A stretch of 64,000 nucleotides of DNA, taken from assembly GCA_950097015.1 (NCBI GenBank), contig CATNEN010000038.1, positions 15,810,001 through 15,874,000 of the forward strand, read 5' to 3'. The stretch comes from Macrostomum hystrix. Lineage: Eukaryota; Animalia; Platyhelminthes. Shown here in pieces: positions 26,401 to 40,060 of this stretch (the first letter of the stretch is position 1; each line of letters opens with the position of its first letter). Position numbers and translations under genes: made by a program. The notes beneath the pieces were generated by a model that was given only the letters and a program-made list of their open reading frames with translations, did not search any database and was not told where the DNA came from.

Positions 26401-29400
26401 ATACCTAATGAGAGATAAGTGATTGAGGACCACATACCTAATGAGAGATGAGTGATTGAGGACCACATACCTAATGAGAGATGAGTGATTGAGGACCACA
26501 TACCGAATGAGAGATGGCTGATTGAGGACCACATACCTAATGAGAGATGAGTGATTGAGGACCACATACCGAATGAGAGATGGCTGATTGAGGACCACAT
26601 ACCTAATGAGAGATGAGTGATTGAGGACCACATACCTAATGAGAGATGAGTGATTGAGGACCACATACCGAATGAGAGATGAGTGATTGAGGACCACATA
26701 CCGAATGAGAGATGGCTGATTGAGGACCACATACCTAATGAGAGATGAGTGATTGAGGACCACATACCTAATGAGAGATGAGTGATTGAGGACCACATAC
26801 CTAATGAGAGATGAGTGATTGAGGACCACATACCGAATGAGAGATGGCTGATTGAGGACCACATACCTAATGAGAGATGAGTGATTGAGGACCACATACC
26901 GAATGAGAGATGGCTGATTGAGGACCACATACCTAATGAGAGATGAGTGATTGAGGACCACATACCTAATGAGAGATGAGTGATTGAGGACCACATACTG
27001 AATGAGAGATGAGTGATTGAGGACCACATACCGAATGAGAGATGGCTGATTGAGGACCACATACCTAATGAGAGATGAGTGATTGAGGACCACATACCTA
27101 ATGAGAGATGAGTGATTGAGGACCACATACCTAATGAGAGATGAGTGATTGAGGACCACATACCGAATGAGAGATGGCTGATTGAGGACCACATACCTAA
27201 TGAGAGATGAGTGATTGAGGACCACATACCGAATGAGAGATGGCTGATTGAGGACCACATACCTAATGAGAGATGAGTGATTGAGGACCACATACCGAAT
27301 GAGAGATGGCTGATTGAGGACCACATACCGAATGAGAGATGGCTGATTGAGGACCACATACCTAATGAGAGATGAGTGATTGAGGACCACATACCTAATG
27401 AGAGATGAGTGATTGAGGACCACATACCTAATGAGAGAAGCTGAAGATTAGAAATAATAAAAATGTGCTGCTGTTGCTCATGAGATAACAGGCTATTGGT
27501 CACTATTAACAAAACAATGGTAAAATAATGAATACGAACTGTTAACAATCGGCTCTCAAGTTTCAAAATAAGCAAAATGGGCGTGCTGAAAAGGAAAAAA
27601 TTTCGATTAACGGATTATATATTCTAGAATTAATCCGATTGACTATGTAATGTTCTAATTTTGCGATCTTGCATAATATATTGTTACTATTTCCTACAAA
27701 TTCGGCTTTTTATCTATGTTTCTTTACCTAAATAATTCAACCAAATAAAGCCTGAACCATTATAGCTAACAACGCTATCACGAATTTGATTATTGTCACA
27801 ATGCAGAGCCTGCTGTTTGAAGACATCATCGTGTCTGATGAGCCGCCCCAGATTGTTTCCGTGCGAGGCACACATGGTCAGGATAAGCATATCATGGTGA
27901 GAAAAAACTATTATCTAATTATAACGATTGCCGTTAATCATGCTTGGGGCTAATTAAGAGAGCGGTCTAACGCATTCACCTCTCGCCCGATGGTTATGGA
28001 GCTCGATTCCGCGGCGGGGCCACATCCATTTCTCACAAATTTGTGTCCACGGACCCATAAATAAAATATATTTATTACAAGTTTGTCCACAGACACATGA
28101 GTAAAATAGATTTCTTACAAATTTGTGTCCGCGGATCCTTGAAAAAAAGCATATTTCTCGCAAATTTGTGTCTACTGACCCTTCAAAAATATAATTTATG
28201 ACAAATTTGTGTCCATGGACCCTAGAAAAAAATATATTTCTCACAAATTTATGTACATCGACGCTTGAAAAAATAATTCAAACAAATTTTTGTCCACGGA
28301 CCCAAGAAACAAATATGCTTCTCATAAATCTGTGTCCACGGACCCTCCGCAGGAACTGCTGCTTGAAGTTCGCGCCAGCCAAGTGAAGCTGCGGGTCCGC
28401 CTCTCGGAGAAGGAGCTCTGCGAGGTTGCGCTCAGCGACATCTCGGCCAAGGTAGAGCTGACTTGAGAATGCCTTTGTGGATCGCGGCAAACAAAAAAAA
28501 CCAAGAACCAAAAAGCTTTTCCTTTGATTGGGCCTCCACACTTGTCGATTCTGTCTACTATGTTTTGTGTAGTCAACAAAACTATCCCCACTAATTAGGC
28601 CTTTTGGGATCTGGGATCGTTTTCAAAGAAGTGAAAAAGCCGGCAACTTTTTTCGGCCAATTATTTCAAAGCCTCTTTCAAAGTTGTTGACGGCTGCTGG
28701 GTGTTTGACATCAAGCTGATGGCTGACGAGAGTTGCAGGAAACGCAGACATCTCTCATTTACAAACGTGTAAACGAACGTTTCGACAAATTTCGATTTTG
28801 AAATGGCGGCACATAAAAAATCATTGCTTGGAGGCACATCGAAAAAACTATTGGCGGAAAACTATTGGCGGAACAGAATCGAATATTGGTTTTGCGGCAC
28901 ATCAAGAGTGTCTTTTTTTGTCGGCACATCAAACGAATCGTGGTTTGGCGGCACATCAAAAGAATCTTTGTGTGGCGGCAAATCAAAAGAATTGTGTGGC
29001 GGCACATCAAAAGAATCTTTGTGTGGCGGCAAATCAAAAGATTTTTTGTGTGGCGGCACATCAAAAGAATATTTTTTGGCGGCACATTAAAAGAATTTTT
29101 GTGTGGCGGCACATCAAAAGAATCGTGGTTTGGCGGCACATCAAAGGAACTTTTGCGTTGCGGCACATAAAAAGAAGCATTGTATAGCCAGAAAAATCGT
29201 GGTTTGGCGGTACAACAGCCGGTTTAACTAAACTTACTCGGCACTTCAAACGAGCCATGCCACATGCGAGTAATCGTCAAGATATTATCCTTGTGTGACC
29301 TCTGATAAAAAATTTGATGAGATTAGATGAGACTCCTACAACGCCTTTGAGGCACATCAAAGGAGATGTAGGAGGGTGATTTATCAATTAAAAGTTTCAT

Positions 29401-32400
29401 TGTGGATAAATATATCAAGGGTTCAAGTCAAGTAAATAGCTATACTTAAGTTCAGCGTCCCTTGCTTTAAAAAAAGCATAATGCTACAATTAAAACTATC
29501 CAGGTGTCCGCCGATCTTCGTCTCTGCCCCGACGGCTTCAAGGGCTCCCTTCGGCTGCTGGAACGACCCGTACTGAGCTCAGAGGTGCGGCTGTTAAGCA
29601 AATCAAGCGGCGCCAATGATAGTGCTGCCTACGCGTGGATTGCCGAGGAGGTGACAACGGCGGTCAGCCAGGCTGTGACGGAGATCTTCTTGACGGACGG
29701 CGAACGCAGCGGCAGCCCCCACCAGCCGGCAAGTCGATCATCAGCCGTCAGCGGCTGCTTCGAGTTCGGCCCGTCGTCGGGAACCGCTACCGCAGCCGTC
29801 AGCAAGCGTGACACGGCCAGCCAGACAGCATCCCTGCCGCCGTTGCCTTCGTCGGCGGCCGCGGCAGCGGCGGTCGCTGCTGCAGCCACCGCTTCTGCGG
29901 CTATTGTGGCTTCGTCTCCGGTGGCCAAAGTGGACGCAATAGCTAACGAAGCCAAAGTGGTGAGTTTAGCAATTCAATTTCGGAATGATAGAACTTGCGA
30001 ACTAAAGTTCTTGCGAACTAAAGTTCTTGCGAACTAAAGTTCTTATCGATTTTAACTAATCGATTTTAAGGTTTGAAAAACATCTTACCACCTGTTATAC
30101 AACTTTATTAGTCAAGTTATTATGTCTGCGACTGTTACCAGTTGTCCAATTACCAGTTGCCACCATAAACTTCTTGTGCATTTTTAACTCTTTAGGCACT
30201 CTTTAGAAATTTAGTTGTTCGCAACTGTTGGCTGAATGCGAAACACACAGGAGTAGTAAATTTCTGCATGTGCCAAGTTAAAATTCATCTGTCCGTTTGG
30301 CTTTTTTATTCTACGAGCCGTACAACTGTTAGTATTGGTTTTAAATATCAAAGTTCTGCTACTATTGGTTACGAATCGTAATATGTTTTGGCATGCATTT
30401 TTGCATCTGACGTCTATTCAAATTCATTTATGTTTTTTTCTAAAGAAAATGCGAGCTATTTTTATTTAAGACGCAATTCCGTAGATTTATTGATCTTAAG
30501 TTCGTTTAGTAGAATAGGGATATCCGTCAAAAAAGGATTTTCATCGAAAAGGGATTTTCGTTGAATTGGGATTCTCGTCGATTTAGAAATTTCGTCCAAA
30601 AGAATATTTTCGTCAAATAGGGATATTCGTGGAATAGGGATTTTCGTCCGATAGGGATTTTTGCTGAATAGGGATATTTGTCGAATCGGAGTTCTCGTCG
30701 ATGTGTGATTTTCGTCGAATAGGGATTTTTGTCGAAAGGGATTTTCGTTGAATAGGGATTTTCATCCAAAAGGGGATTTTCATCGAAAAGGGATTTTTTT
30801 CAAATAGTAATTTTATGAAATTAAGATTTTTATCCAATCAGGATGTTTTCATAAATTTATTTCCGTATGATGAGGATATCGTATTGTTGTGGTTTGGGAT
30901 AATCTGCGATTTTTTATCCGTCCGTGAAGGCTTTGCCGCAATTCCTACTGAGCCCACTGAACTTCTGTCCACAGACTCCCAGCTACGCCCCTGCAGCTGC
31001 TGCGGCTGCTTCTGCCTCTGTCGCCGTCAAGGAAGTCAGCAACAATCGGTCCAGAGCCGCCCAGTCAAATGAGACGCCTCAGTCGCAGCCCGTCTGCCTG
31101 CTGGTGAAGCTGATCAAGGCCACCGGCTTGAAGCCGTGCGTCGGCAGCAGCGGCAGGCCGCTGAATCCATTCGCCTGCGTAGAAATGGACGAACCAAACC
31201 AGCGTCACGTGACGGGCAGCGTGTACGGCACCTCCAATCCCTACTGGGATCAGCACTTCATGCTGTGAGTCGCCGGCTGAAAAAGTGGTGCTTTGGTTAG
31301 CGTAGTGGTTACATACATCGCTCACCAAAGTCCCTAATTGGTGTATTTTAGTCTTTTAGTCCAGCGGTTAGAGCTTCGGACTTCAGACCGAGAGGGCAGG
31401 AGTTCGAATTTCAACCCGTGGGGAAAAATTGTCCCTGTTGGGACGCAGGTTAGTTTAAGATCCCGTTGATAATAGCATCAGTAAATATGACTCTTATATG
31501 GACACAGATACTTGACAGGCGTTGTAAACGCTTTGTCAAGTACATTTTTTACTACTAACAGGTGTAGTGACGCTCTGTCTAGTACTTTTGTTGCTACTAA
31601 CAGGTGTAGTGACGCTCTGTCTAGTACTTTTGTTGCTACTAACAGGTGTAGTGAGGCTCTGTGATACTGTAAGGAGCTGCTGTGATGCAGTAGTCCCCAG
31701 TACAGGCGTTAAGCTTTAATTACTACCTAGAAAGATACTTACCAAGGCTAGACTTCAGACCGGGGCCGATTGCAATAGCTCGCTTGAAGATGTAACTATA
31801 CTTATCAGGGTGCCATAAATAACAGCCAGAAAAGGGGGGAAGGCAGACAGAGGGAGAGAGAGTAGCACGCACGTATGGCTCAGCCACTCAGGGCAGAGCT
31901 GAACAAAAAGGGAGATGGGGAGGGGCAGACAGTCAGAGGGCGAGAGAGAGGGTGAGCTGATCCAGCCGAGACAGAATCAGATTCCGCCATCTCGAGTCGA
32001 ATTCCCAACCACAACATTCTAATCCCCACGCCAGAGACCTGTCGAAGCGTTCCAACCGGTTGTCTCTGCACGTGTTCGATCGCAATGGTCAGGCCGACAC
32101 ATTGCTCGGCTCGGCCAGCCTCCTATTGGCCGACCTGCCCTCACAAGGAGCCCGGGTCATTCAGCCGCTCCGAATGCCGCGTCGCGACTCTGCCTCGACG
32201 GCCAGCATCGCTGCACCGCCGCCAACCCTGACTGCCGAGTTTCTGTTCATGTCGGCGTCGAGCGCTGCAGCCGTCGTCACTGCCACTCCACAGCCAAGCG
32301 GCCACTTTTCCGGTCCGCGTGCGCCCAGCGCGTCGAGTGTGTTAGCGGAGTCGGCTGTCACAGTGGTGCAGGTGTCGCCAGCTAGCGCTCACCACAGCTC

Positions 32401-35400
32401 CGGCGTTGGCTCGTCGCCAAAATCTGACGAGAGCGCTGGCGGTGGTGGCTTCGCTGATGGTGCTACTGGCAAGAAGGCAATATCGGAGGAAGTGCTGGAG
32501 CAGCGGCAGCAACCAGTCGATGGAACCAGTGAGTTGTTGTCCAGCATGTCAGAAAATGATGACACAGCTCGCATTCCACACAGGAGGTACTTAAAACGTC
32601 ATCACCATACTTTATCTCAAACTAAAGATAAAGAACTAGAACTAGAACTAGAGCTAGAGTTCTTGCGAACTAGAGTTCTTGCGAACTAGAATTCTTGCGA
32701 ACTAGAGTTCTTGCGAACTAGAGTTCTTGTGAACTAGAATTCTTGCGAACTAGAATTCTTGCGAACTAGAGTTCTTGCGAACTAGAGTTCTTGCGAACTA
32801 GAATTCTTGCGAACTAGAATTCTTGCGAACTAGAGTTCTTGCGAACTAGAGTTCTTGCGAACTAGAGTTCTTGCTAACTAGAATTCTTGCGAACTAGAGT
32901 TCTTGCGAACTAGAGTTCTTGCGAACTAGAGTTCTTGCGAACTAGAGTTCTTGCGAACTAGAGTTCTTGCGAACTAGAGTTCTTGCGAACTAGAGTTCTT
33001 GCGAACTAGAGTTCTTGCGAACTAGAGTTCTTGCGAACTAGAGTTCTTGCGAACTAGAGTTCTTGCGAACTAGAGTTCCTGCGAACTAGAGTTCTTGCGA
33101 GGGATGCGAATTTCGAGACAAGTGTCCCATTTTGCTGTTGCTGATTCATCTTGTTCATGATTTTTATGGTGGTTATGATTACTGTAGCTGGCCTGAGGGT
33201 CGTGAACTCGACATCGAAATTGCATGCGAAGCCATTGACAATGCGCCCCAGGCATTCGCAGGCAGGCTTCGTTGCAACAAAAATCTGTTCACTTTAGCGA
33301 GCCGATGCTCAACTCGACCCTTGAACAGCAGCAGCAGCAGCAAAAGCAGCAGCAGCAACAGGGGGAGCTAAACGAGGAAACAAACACAGGTGACCGCGAG
33401 CCCGAGATGGCGACGGGCAGCGCAGAAAAGTTGGCATGGAGACAATCGCTGAGGCGATTCTTTAACAGATCTTGTAGGTTGTCAAACAGAAGCTAAGCCA
33501 GTCTAATCTGTCTACTTATATATAGTAGTACTATCAGTGCATACTTTTTTTCCTTCGTACATTTTTAATTCCTCGAAGCTAACTTTTTGCCAATCAGAAG
33601 CTCACTTTTTGCATCGTTTGCATTGGAAGTCTTGCTTGCTTTTTTGGTAATCGGAGAAGTTGTTGAAAAGGCTATAATCAATTTAGATGCCAATGGAGTA
33701 AATTTCACTGTCTGAACTAATGTCGAATTACATAAACGTTTGTATGAATTTTCATCTTATTGAACAAAAAATTACCTTTGCTTCTTGTGGTAATTGGTTG
33801 CTAGTTAAAAATTACTTTACATTTCTGTTGCCTAGATAAGTCCTAGGAGATAGGGAGTCTTACCTGTTCGACGGAGAGTCTCACCTGTTCGATAGAGAGG
33901 CCATCTGTTCATTAAGATGTGTCACCTGTTCAGCAGGGTGTCTCGCCTGTTCGATACGGAGCCCCACCTATTAGACAGGGAGTTTCGCATGCTCGATAGG
34001 GTGTCTCACCTGTTCGATCGGGTGTCTCACCTGTTAGATAGGGTGTCTCACTTGTTAGATAGGGTGTCTCACCTGTTAGATAGGGTGTCTCACCTGTTAG
34101 ATAGGGTGTCTCACCTGTTAGATAGGGTGTCTCACCTGCTAGATGGGGTGTCTCACCTGCTCGATCGGGTGTCTCACCTGCTAGATAGGGTGTCTAACCT
34201 GTTAGATCGGGTGTCTCATCTGCTAGATAGGGTGTCTCACCTGTTTGATCGGGTGTCTCACCTGCTAGATAGAGTTTCTCACCTGTTAGATAGGGAGTCA
34301 GAGGAATAATCAGAAAGTCTTACTTGTTTGACAGGTAATCTCACCTGTTCCTTAGCTTATAACAGCGAACCTTGCCTACCAAACCGAACAGACTCCTCCC
34401 TGTCGCGCACAGTTGACGAGTTCATGAAGTCTACTGATGTGTCCTATCAGCCCATGAGCTCAACAGATAGTGCGGCTAGTCAGCCAGTGACGCCTGCAGG
34501 TGAAGCTCAGCAGCAGCCACCGCCAGTGCCCCAGCATAGTGCCTATTTAACTGCTGATACGAACGGTAAGCAATGGCAAAAAAATTTTGTTTCAAGTAAA
34601 ATATTTCCTAGATTTAAATAACTTACACATACATGTTACAATACTGTGCGAAATTCATAATTATATAACTTATTTCAAGTTTGAATGTAATTTAATTATC
34701 GTTAATGCTTTATGATTTTTGTTTCAGTAGAATTTGTCAGTTTCTAATTATAACTCAAGTGAGCTTTAAGTAAGGTAATCGAGAAATTATATATTATGAT
34801 TATTTTATTAGCTTGTGACTGTGTGCACTGACATGCAGACAGCCAGGAGGCAATTCTGCCTATTTTACTGAATTCTCAGTGTTGTGTGTGAGGCAGCGTG
34901 GCCAAATGAAGAACGGAGCACTGGGTTAGAAGGTTGGAAAAAACGCGAGCCCTCCAAAGGCCTGTGCGCACTACTATATATTTTAGCCAGTCAGAGTAAA
35001 CAACAACCCCCGTCCCGGCCTAGACCGGTTCGGATGGACCGACCCCCCCAGCCAATCAAAACGCGCCACGCGCACTCTAAGGCGGCATGCAAGCCGCATA
35101 CACAACACTCAGCACAATACACAAGGAGTGTACATTTGCCCTGCATGGTCAGGCAGTGTACACTGTCAATGTACTTTAGAGCGTAAATTGAAAATTTACC
35201 CTTCTATCCCTGGATCTTTCGAAATTCGCTTGGTCGACGAGAGCGTCAGTTGTTGCTATTTTTAGAATCGCGTGAGTTTCAATCAGTCACGTTACTGGCC
35301 TCAGACAAGGAAAAAATAGCAATCAAATACCGTATATTTAGTTTGTTTGAGTTTTATATTTTCACTTAATGTAATGCACTCGCTGTATGTCACCATAGCA

Positions 35401-38400
35401 ACCAGTTTTCCACTCTGAAATTTTCTGCTCATCCGCATTAAACAAAGCCCCAGAGCCGCTCTATGTGACGGTTGAGACGCTGGTTGTGCCCAACTGGCCA
35501 GCAGCTAAAAAGCGGGTCGCTGATGACGTAAGAATTCTGATAAGATAGGCCGCAGAATGAGTTAATAGCATGGCATGCTAGTTGTGACAGTTATTTATCG
35601 CAGTCGATCTTTTTCTATATCTAGCCCACATGTCTTATTCATCTCTTTACACTGCCATCTTTATATCAACTGCAAAGTGTGGATTGCTAATCTATTGCTG
35701 CGATTATGAGCACGATCCTAACAACACTATGGCTATGGTTTCATCTGCGATTCTGGCTACGATTCTCGCTACGATTCCGCTTAGAACAACAGCAAGCTCA
35801 TACTAGGGTTTTCTCTGGATATAGTTTTATCGACGATTTTGGCTACGATTCTTGGCTCGATTCCTTCTACGATTCCTTCTACGATTCCTGCTACGATTCC
35901 TGCTACGATTCCGTCAACGATTCCTGCAACGATTTCTGCTTCGATTCCTGCTACGATTCCTGCTACGATTCCTGCAACGATTCTTGCTACGATTTCTGCT
36001 ATGATTCCTGCTACGATTCCTGCTACGATTCCTGCTACGATTCCTGCTACGATTCCTGCAACGATTCCTGCTACGATTTCTGCTATGATTCCTGCTACGA
36101 TTCATTACTTCTACGATTCCTTCTACTATTCCTGCTGTGATTCCTGCTACGATTCCGTCAACGATTCCTGCAACGATTTCTGCTTTGATTCCTGCTACGA
36201 TTCCTTCTACGATTCCTGCTACGATTTCTGCTACGATTCCTGCTACGATTCCGTCTACGATTCCGTCTACGAACCTGCTACGATTCCTGCTACCGTTCCT
36301 TCAGATCCTTCGACTTTTATAACCAGAAACGATTACAATGCTCGCTAGATAAGCAATCCACTTGCGTCCAGAATGGCAAGCAAATCTATTTTTCTATTTC
36401 TTTAATCTCCCTAAAATTTCTCGGAAAGTTTTGCTTGGTTTTGGAATAGTGATTCAGGTGTCATCTATGCTATAGCCAGACATGCATAATCTGTGAAGAT
36501 CTTCGGTTTATTTATTACTCTGGCATGACCGGGTCCTTGACGACACATTTTCGGATAATATGCTTTTTCGTTTTTTGCCTGCCCATTAATAGTGGAGATT
36601 TGCAAGCATATTGATATGCTGGTATTGTTAGCAAGGAATTAAACAAAGTTTATTTATCTTTAATTATTATTATTCCATGATGAATTTTATGAAGATCTTT
36701 GTTTAAAGAATATTTTAAGAGAGTTTCATTAAGCTCTTTTATGCAACATCTGGGCAACCCAGAGGACGCCTCAGATCCACCTGCTGCTCCCTACTCAATG
36801 ACTTCAGCGACGTCAACCAGCGATCATCCACAGACACCGTTGGACTACACACAGAGTCTACCTGTGCTGAATGTGGTGCGAAGCCTAATTAGTGTTTTAG
36901 AGAATAAAAAGCTTGTCTCCCTGGGTATTTAGGCCACGATTTACTACTTGATTGAAAAATTCCATTCCATTTAAGCTTTCTAAGAATATGCTGAATTTAA
37001 ATTCTGAATTTACAACACAATATGCTGAATTTACAAACGCCAAAACATCGTGAATTTAAAGTAGCTTAAATTCTATTCCTATTTGTAATTTTTGCCATGG
37101 TGTAAATTAAAAAGAATTGAAATCAAAATAAATCATTCATTCGATTTCAAATTTGTGATTAAACTTCTAATTTAATGAATAAAGCTTTTTTAAACAGTTC
37201 TTATCGTAATGATAATTTAATACAGCAAAAACTTATTTCGTTTATAATCACATTTAAATACAACCCACTTTTATATATTGCGGTTTTCGGGTCATTTAAT
37301 TTAGCGCTTGTGTCGCAGTTTTATTTTATTGAGGTGATTTTATATAATTGTTTGCCGGATTTGTTTGAACAATGCTCTGTATTAATCACATGATACCCAT
37401 TAACTGCAGCAGCTTGGCTACACCAGACTAAGTCCCTTGATAGCCTGAATCCTATGGTGAGAGCTAGAAGATCATAAAACAACTTGAAGTGAAAACTCCT
37501 TGACTTACCTACTGTCATTGTTGTCTTCTAGTCAGTAAGAAAGATTTTTTTCAATCGCTGTAGTCCTTGTCGTAAGTAAATCCTAAGAATTGTCAACTAT
37601 TTCGCTCGTTCTTAGAAAATTTCATGTTGTCTTGACTCAACTGTAAAGTGAAAGTCTGATAGTTCTAGTTATTAAGTTTTTGTATCATAGATGACGCAGC
37701 ACGCAGCTTTGGCGTGATAAGTAAAAGACCTTCAATATTTGATTGGCTAGAGAGGGTAGACTTGTGGCTATTTTTAGAATAATCTTTTTAAGGGATATCC
37801 CTTCTTCAAACCGTAGCTAACAGCCCACAAGCACGTGACCGACTGCACAGAAAGTTAATTTTTCACGAAGTTCGAGTGCTGTCCTCTTTATTATCTCTGT
37901 CTTGTATTTAGGTTTTTTACCGATTTCAGATTTATCCCAAAACTGTCTTTTTACGGTTAAAATTATATATTTGTTTAATTGATTCGGCTATAGAAAGCTC
38001 TTTGCCTTATTAAAAAAGGCATTTTGATGGTCACTTTGCTTAGTGTATTGTGCGTGATGTACTCGTGCTGTGACAAACTAAATGGTATTGTCAAAAATGC
38101 ATAGATCGGCTATTCGGTTCACATTTTATGCTGTTACGCAATTATTTTTCAGATTCCTGGCGAGGACGATGGACGAGGTACTACAAAATCGAAAGGTGAC
38201 AGGGATGGCAGCATTATTAATTAATTAAATAATACTTGAAGGATGGCTGTGGGCAATGGCACATAGGTGACAGTAGACCCGAAGCCAGCTAGAAGGTAAT
38301 TCTGCCCATTTCGCTGACTCCTGAGCACACAGATACTCTACGTTAGCCACACTCTCACACAGGTGTGTAGACGTGGCCTGACTTTCTCATCGTCAGCTAG

Positions 38401-40060
38401 TTACACTATGGTACACTATCAATGGGCCATAGAGGCTGGCTATCAAAGGTGTAAATGGAAGGACAAACCTCGAAGCATCATTTCCGCGGCTGCTGACCAA
38501 ATAAATGTGGCCTCGCCACAACAATGACCCCAGGCCAACTCCAATGCTTCGAGCAACTGTTTTTAGGCAACAAGAAGGCATCCAGATCCGGCAGCTTTGC
38601 CAGTAGATTTCGCCGAGTCTTTCTCGGCCCAGACCGGAAGTCGACCGGGAGACAGCAGCAGCAGCAGCAGCAGCCGCCGCCGCCTCATCGCTCGCCGAGC
38701 ATAGACCAGGTGTTTTCAGATGAAGGCTATTACACTACTGGCCAGAGGCCTAGCACTAGTCGCGCCTACTCAATCGAACCAGCGTATAGCGAGCTGACGC
38801 CGTCACTGCAGCAACAGCAGCAGCAGCAGCAGCTGCCACCGCATGTCGGCGCTTCCGCCGATGAGTTCGGCAACGGGCAGCGCAGAAACCGCAGCCTAAG
38901 CAGCAGTTTGCGGCGACTGTTCACAGGCGGCAGAAAGAAGAAGATCAGACAGCGAGCTGAGTCAGGTGAGGCCATAGACTTTGAGCTGCTTTTCTAGCTA
39001 CCATCTTCACCCACATCTCACTCTCTGTCTGTCTGACTATCTCAGTCTCTCTGCATTTTTCTGTGTCGTCGTTAATTTCAATGATAATCTCATTGGTCTT
39101 CTACAAGTCCTTCACAAATCGGGTACTTCATATGTGAAAGCAGAATTTCACATCGCTACTAAATCTTATTTTTTCATTAGGACCAGTGCCTGTTCCTGTC
39201 CTGAAAACGACAAGTCCGCTTAGATCGCAGAGGCCAGCAGGTACTTACTGAGGAAACCAATTGAAGGCAAAACGCATTCAATGTCTATTATAGGCGTTTG
39301 AAAGCATGGATATTGTTGTTATATAAGTATCCTTTGCATGAACCACATTACGTCATGACATACTATGCCATAATACGAACCTACGAAGCTTTTTAGCAGA
39401 TTTCGTCAAGCGTTCGAGTCACTGCATGGCTGCCAACCTCCCTAGCCAATTAAACCTAGCTCGTTGCTACAATCCTATGTTCAATTGAACTGACCTTAAC
39501 TCTATCCAATCTTCTTAACCAATCAGAATTATCGTAAATATTAATTGCGTTCAGCCTTCCTAGCCAATCAAATTTAACTAATCTGGCTGGCCAATTAGCT
39601 GCATCTATCCTTCCTGGTCAATAAAACGCATTTAACATCCCTAACCGATTGAATGCGTCCAACTTTCCCGGCCAATCAAATGCGTCAACTATCCTGGCCA
39701 AGAAAATGTGACCAAACCTCCTCTGGCTAATTAAGTTCGTCCGTCCTTTACGGCCAATAAAATGCGTTCAAACTCCCTGGCCAATTAAATGTGTTCCATC
39801 TCGCCAGCCAATCAAATGCGTCCAAACAAAGAATCAGCTTCCCTATTTCAAATGACATAGGTTGCTTGGTCTTGTGTCTTTTCTAACGCTGCCCAAGCGA
39901 TATATATCATGCCATCTTTGAATCGCCCACAGAGACCCGGGGTCTGTCAGGTCAGCCAGGTTCGTCCTACGACACAGCCGGCGGACAGTCTACCTCGTCA
40001 ACGGTGCCGAAGTCGTCCGGAGGTCGAGCTGGCGGCTGGAACAGCGAAGAAATTCTTTGA
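17480..40060 (+). CDS. C2CD2/C2CD2L (TMEM24)-like TM-SMP-C2 lipid-transfer protein, about 1034 aa, 12 exons
   Basis: Exons 17480-17992, 27807-27896, 28353-28451, 29504-29959, 30975-31264, 32035-32586, 33262-33473, 34356-34565, 36763-36875, 38153-38195, 38567-38965, 39933-40060. GT-AG with consistent phases, 3105 nt. N-terminal TM (LLFVGWCLFGILATIIVNFIY), SMP-type start ESCLWLNTLVAWLF, C2 domain (LLVKLIKATGL..NPFACVEMDEP..TSNPYWDQHF..LHVFDR..LLGSA), low-complexity basic tail. Exons 9, 10 and 12 are less certain. Confidence 0.8.
18062..22165. repeat. 27-29-bp purine-rich minisatellite (GATGGGTGAGAGTCAGATGGAGGAGAA); intron 1 of the C2CD2-like gene
   Basis: About 4.1 kb of tandem variant units. 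Confidence 0.97.
22985..24965. repeat. 30/31-bp minisatellite (TCTGACACCCTGACCCCGATTCTTCTAGCA)
   Basis: About 65 copies of two unit types arranged in blocks. Confidence 0.97.
25728..27437. repeat. 33-bp minisatellite (GAGGACCACATACCTAATGAGAGATGAGTGATT)
   Basis: About 52 copies. Confidence 0.97.
27945..28025 (+). mobile_element. tRNA-like SINE head
   Basis: gagagcggtctaacgcattcacctctcgc...gagctcgattccgcggcggggccac resembles the head at 63095-63165. Confidence 0.5.
28030..28348. repeat. Degenerate repeat of about 42 bp (ACAAATTTGTGTCCACGGACC core)
   Basis: About 8 copies, running into the exon 3 acceptor. Confidence 0.8.
28800..29212. repeat. Degenerate repeat of about 30 bp (GTGGCGGCACATCAAAAGAAT)
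   Basis: About 13 copies. Confidence 0.85.
30510..30850. repeat. Degenerate repeat of about 17 bp (GGGATTTTCGTCGAATA)
   Basis: Tandem degenerate copies. Confidence 0.8.
31355..31480 (+). mobile_element. tRNA-derived SINE fragment
   Basis: A-box TAGTCCAGCGGTTAG and B-box-like AGTTCGAATTT; no acceptor stem. Confidence 0.45.
32633..33100. repeat. 16-bp minisatellite (GAACTAGAGTTCTTGC)
   Basis: About 28 copies; three related copies also at 29990-30045. Confidence 0.95.
33850..34350. repeat. 21-bp minisatellite (GATAGGGTGTCTCACCTGTTA)
   Basis: About 20 copies. Confidence 0.92.
35840..36300. repeat. 12-bp minisatellite (CTACGATTCCTG)
   Basis: About 38 copies. Confidence 0.93.
39440..39830 (+). 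repeat. Degenerate CCAAT-containing tandem repeat
   Basis: About 12 copies of a GGCCAATCAAATGCG-like core in the last C2CD2-like intron. Confidence 0.6.

Noticed and set aside
25692-27575. 627-aa and 472-aa ORFs on the minus strand
   Set aside because: Products of a stop-free 33-bp intronic minisatellite antisense to the C2CD2-like gene; no domain and no splice context.
31355-31425. tRNA-like sequence with TTCA in the anticodon region (possible tRNA-Sec or suppressor)
   Set aside because: No acceptor stem, an imperfect anticodon arm, no long variable arm and a degenerate B-box; better explained as a SINE head.
35706-36348. Cys/Asp-rich (YDSC)n and (PATI)n ORFs suggestive of a metallothionein or mucin
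   Set aside because: Translations of a 12-bp intronic minisatellite; they do not fit the exon chain.
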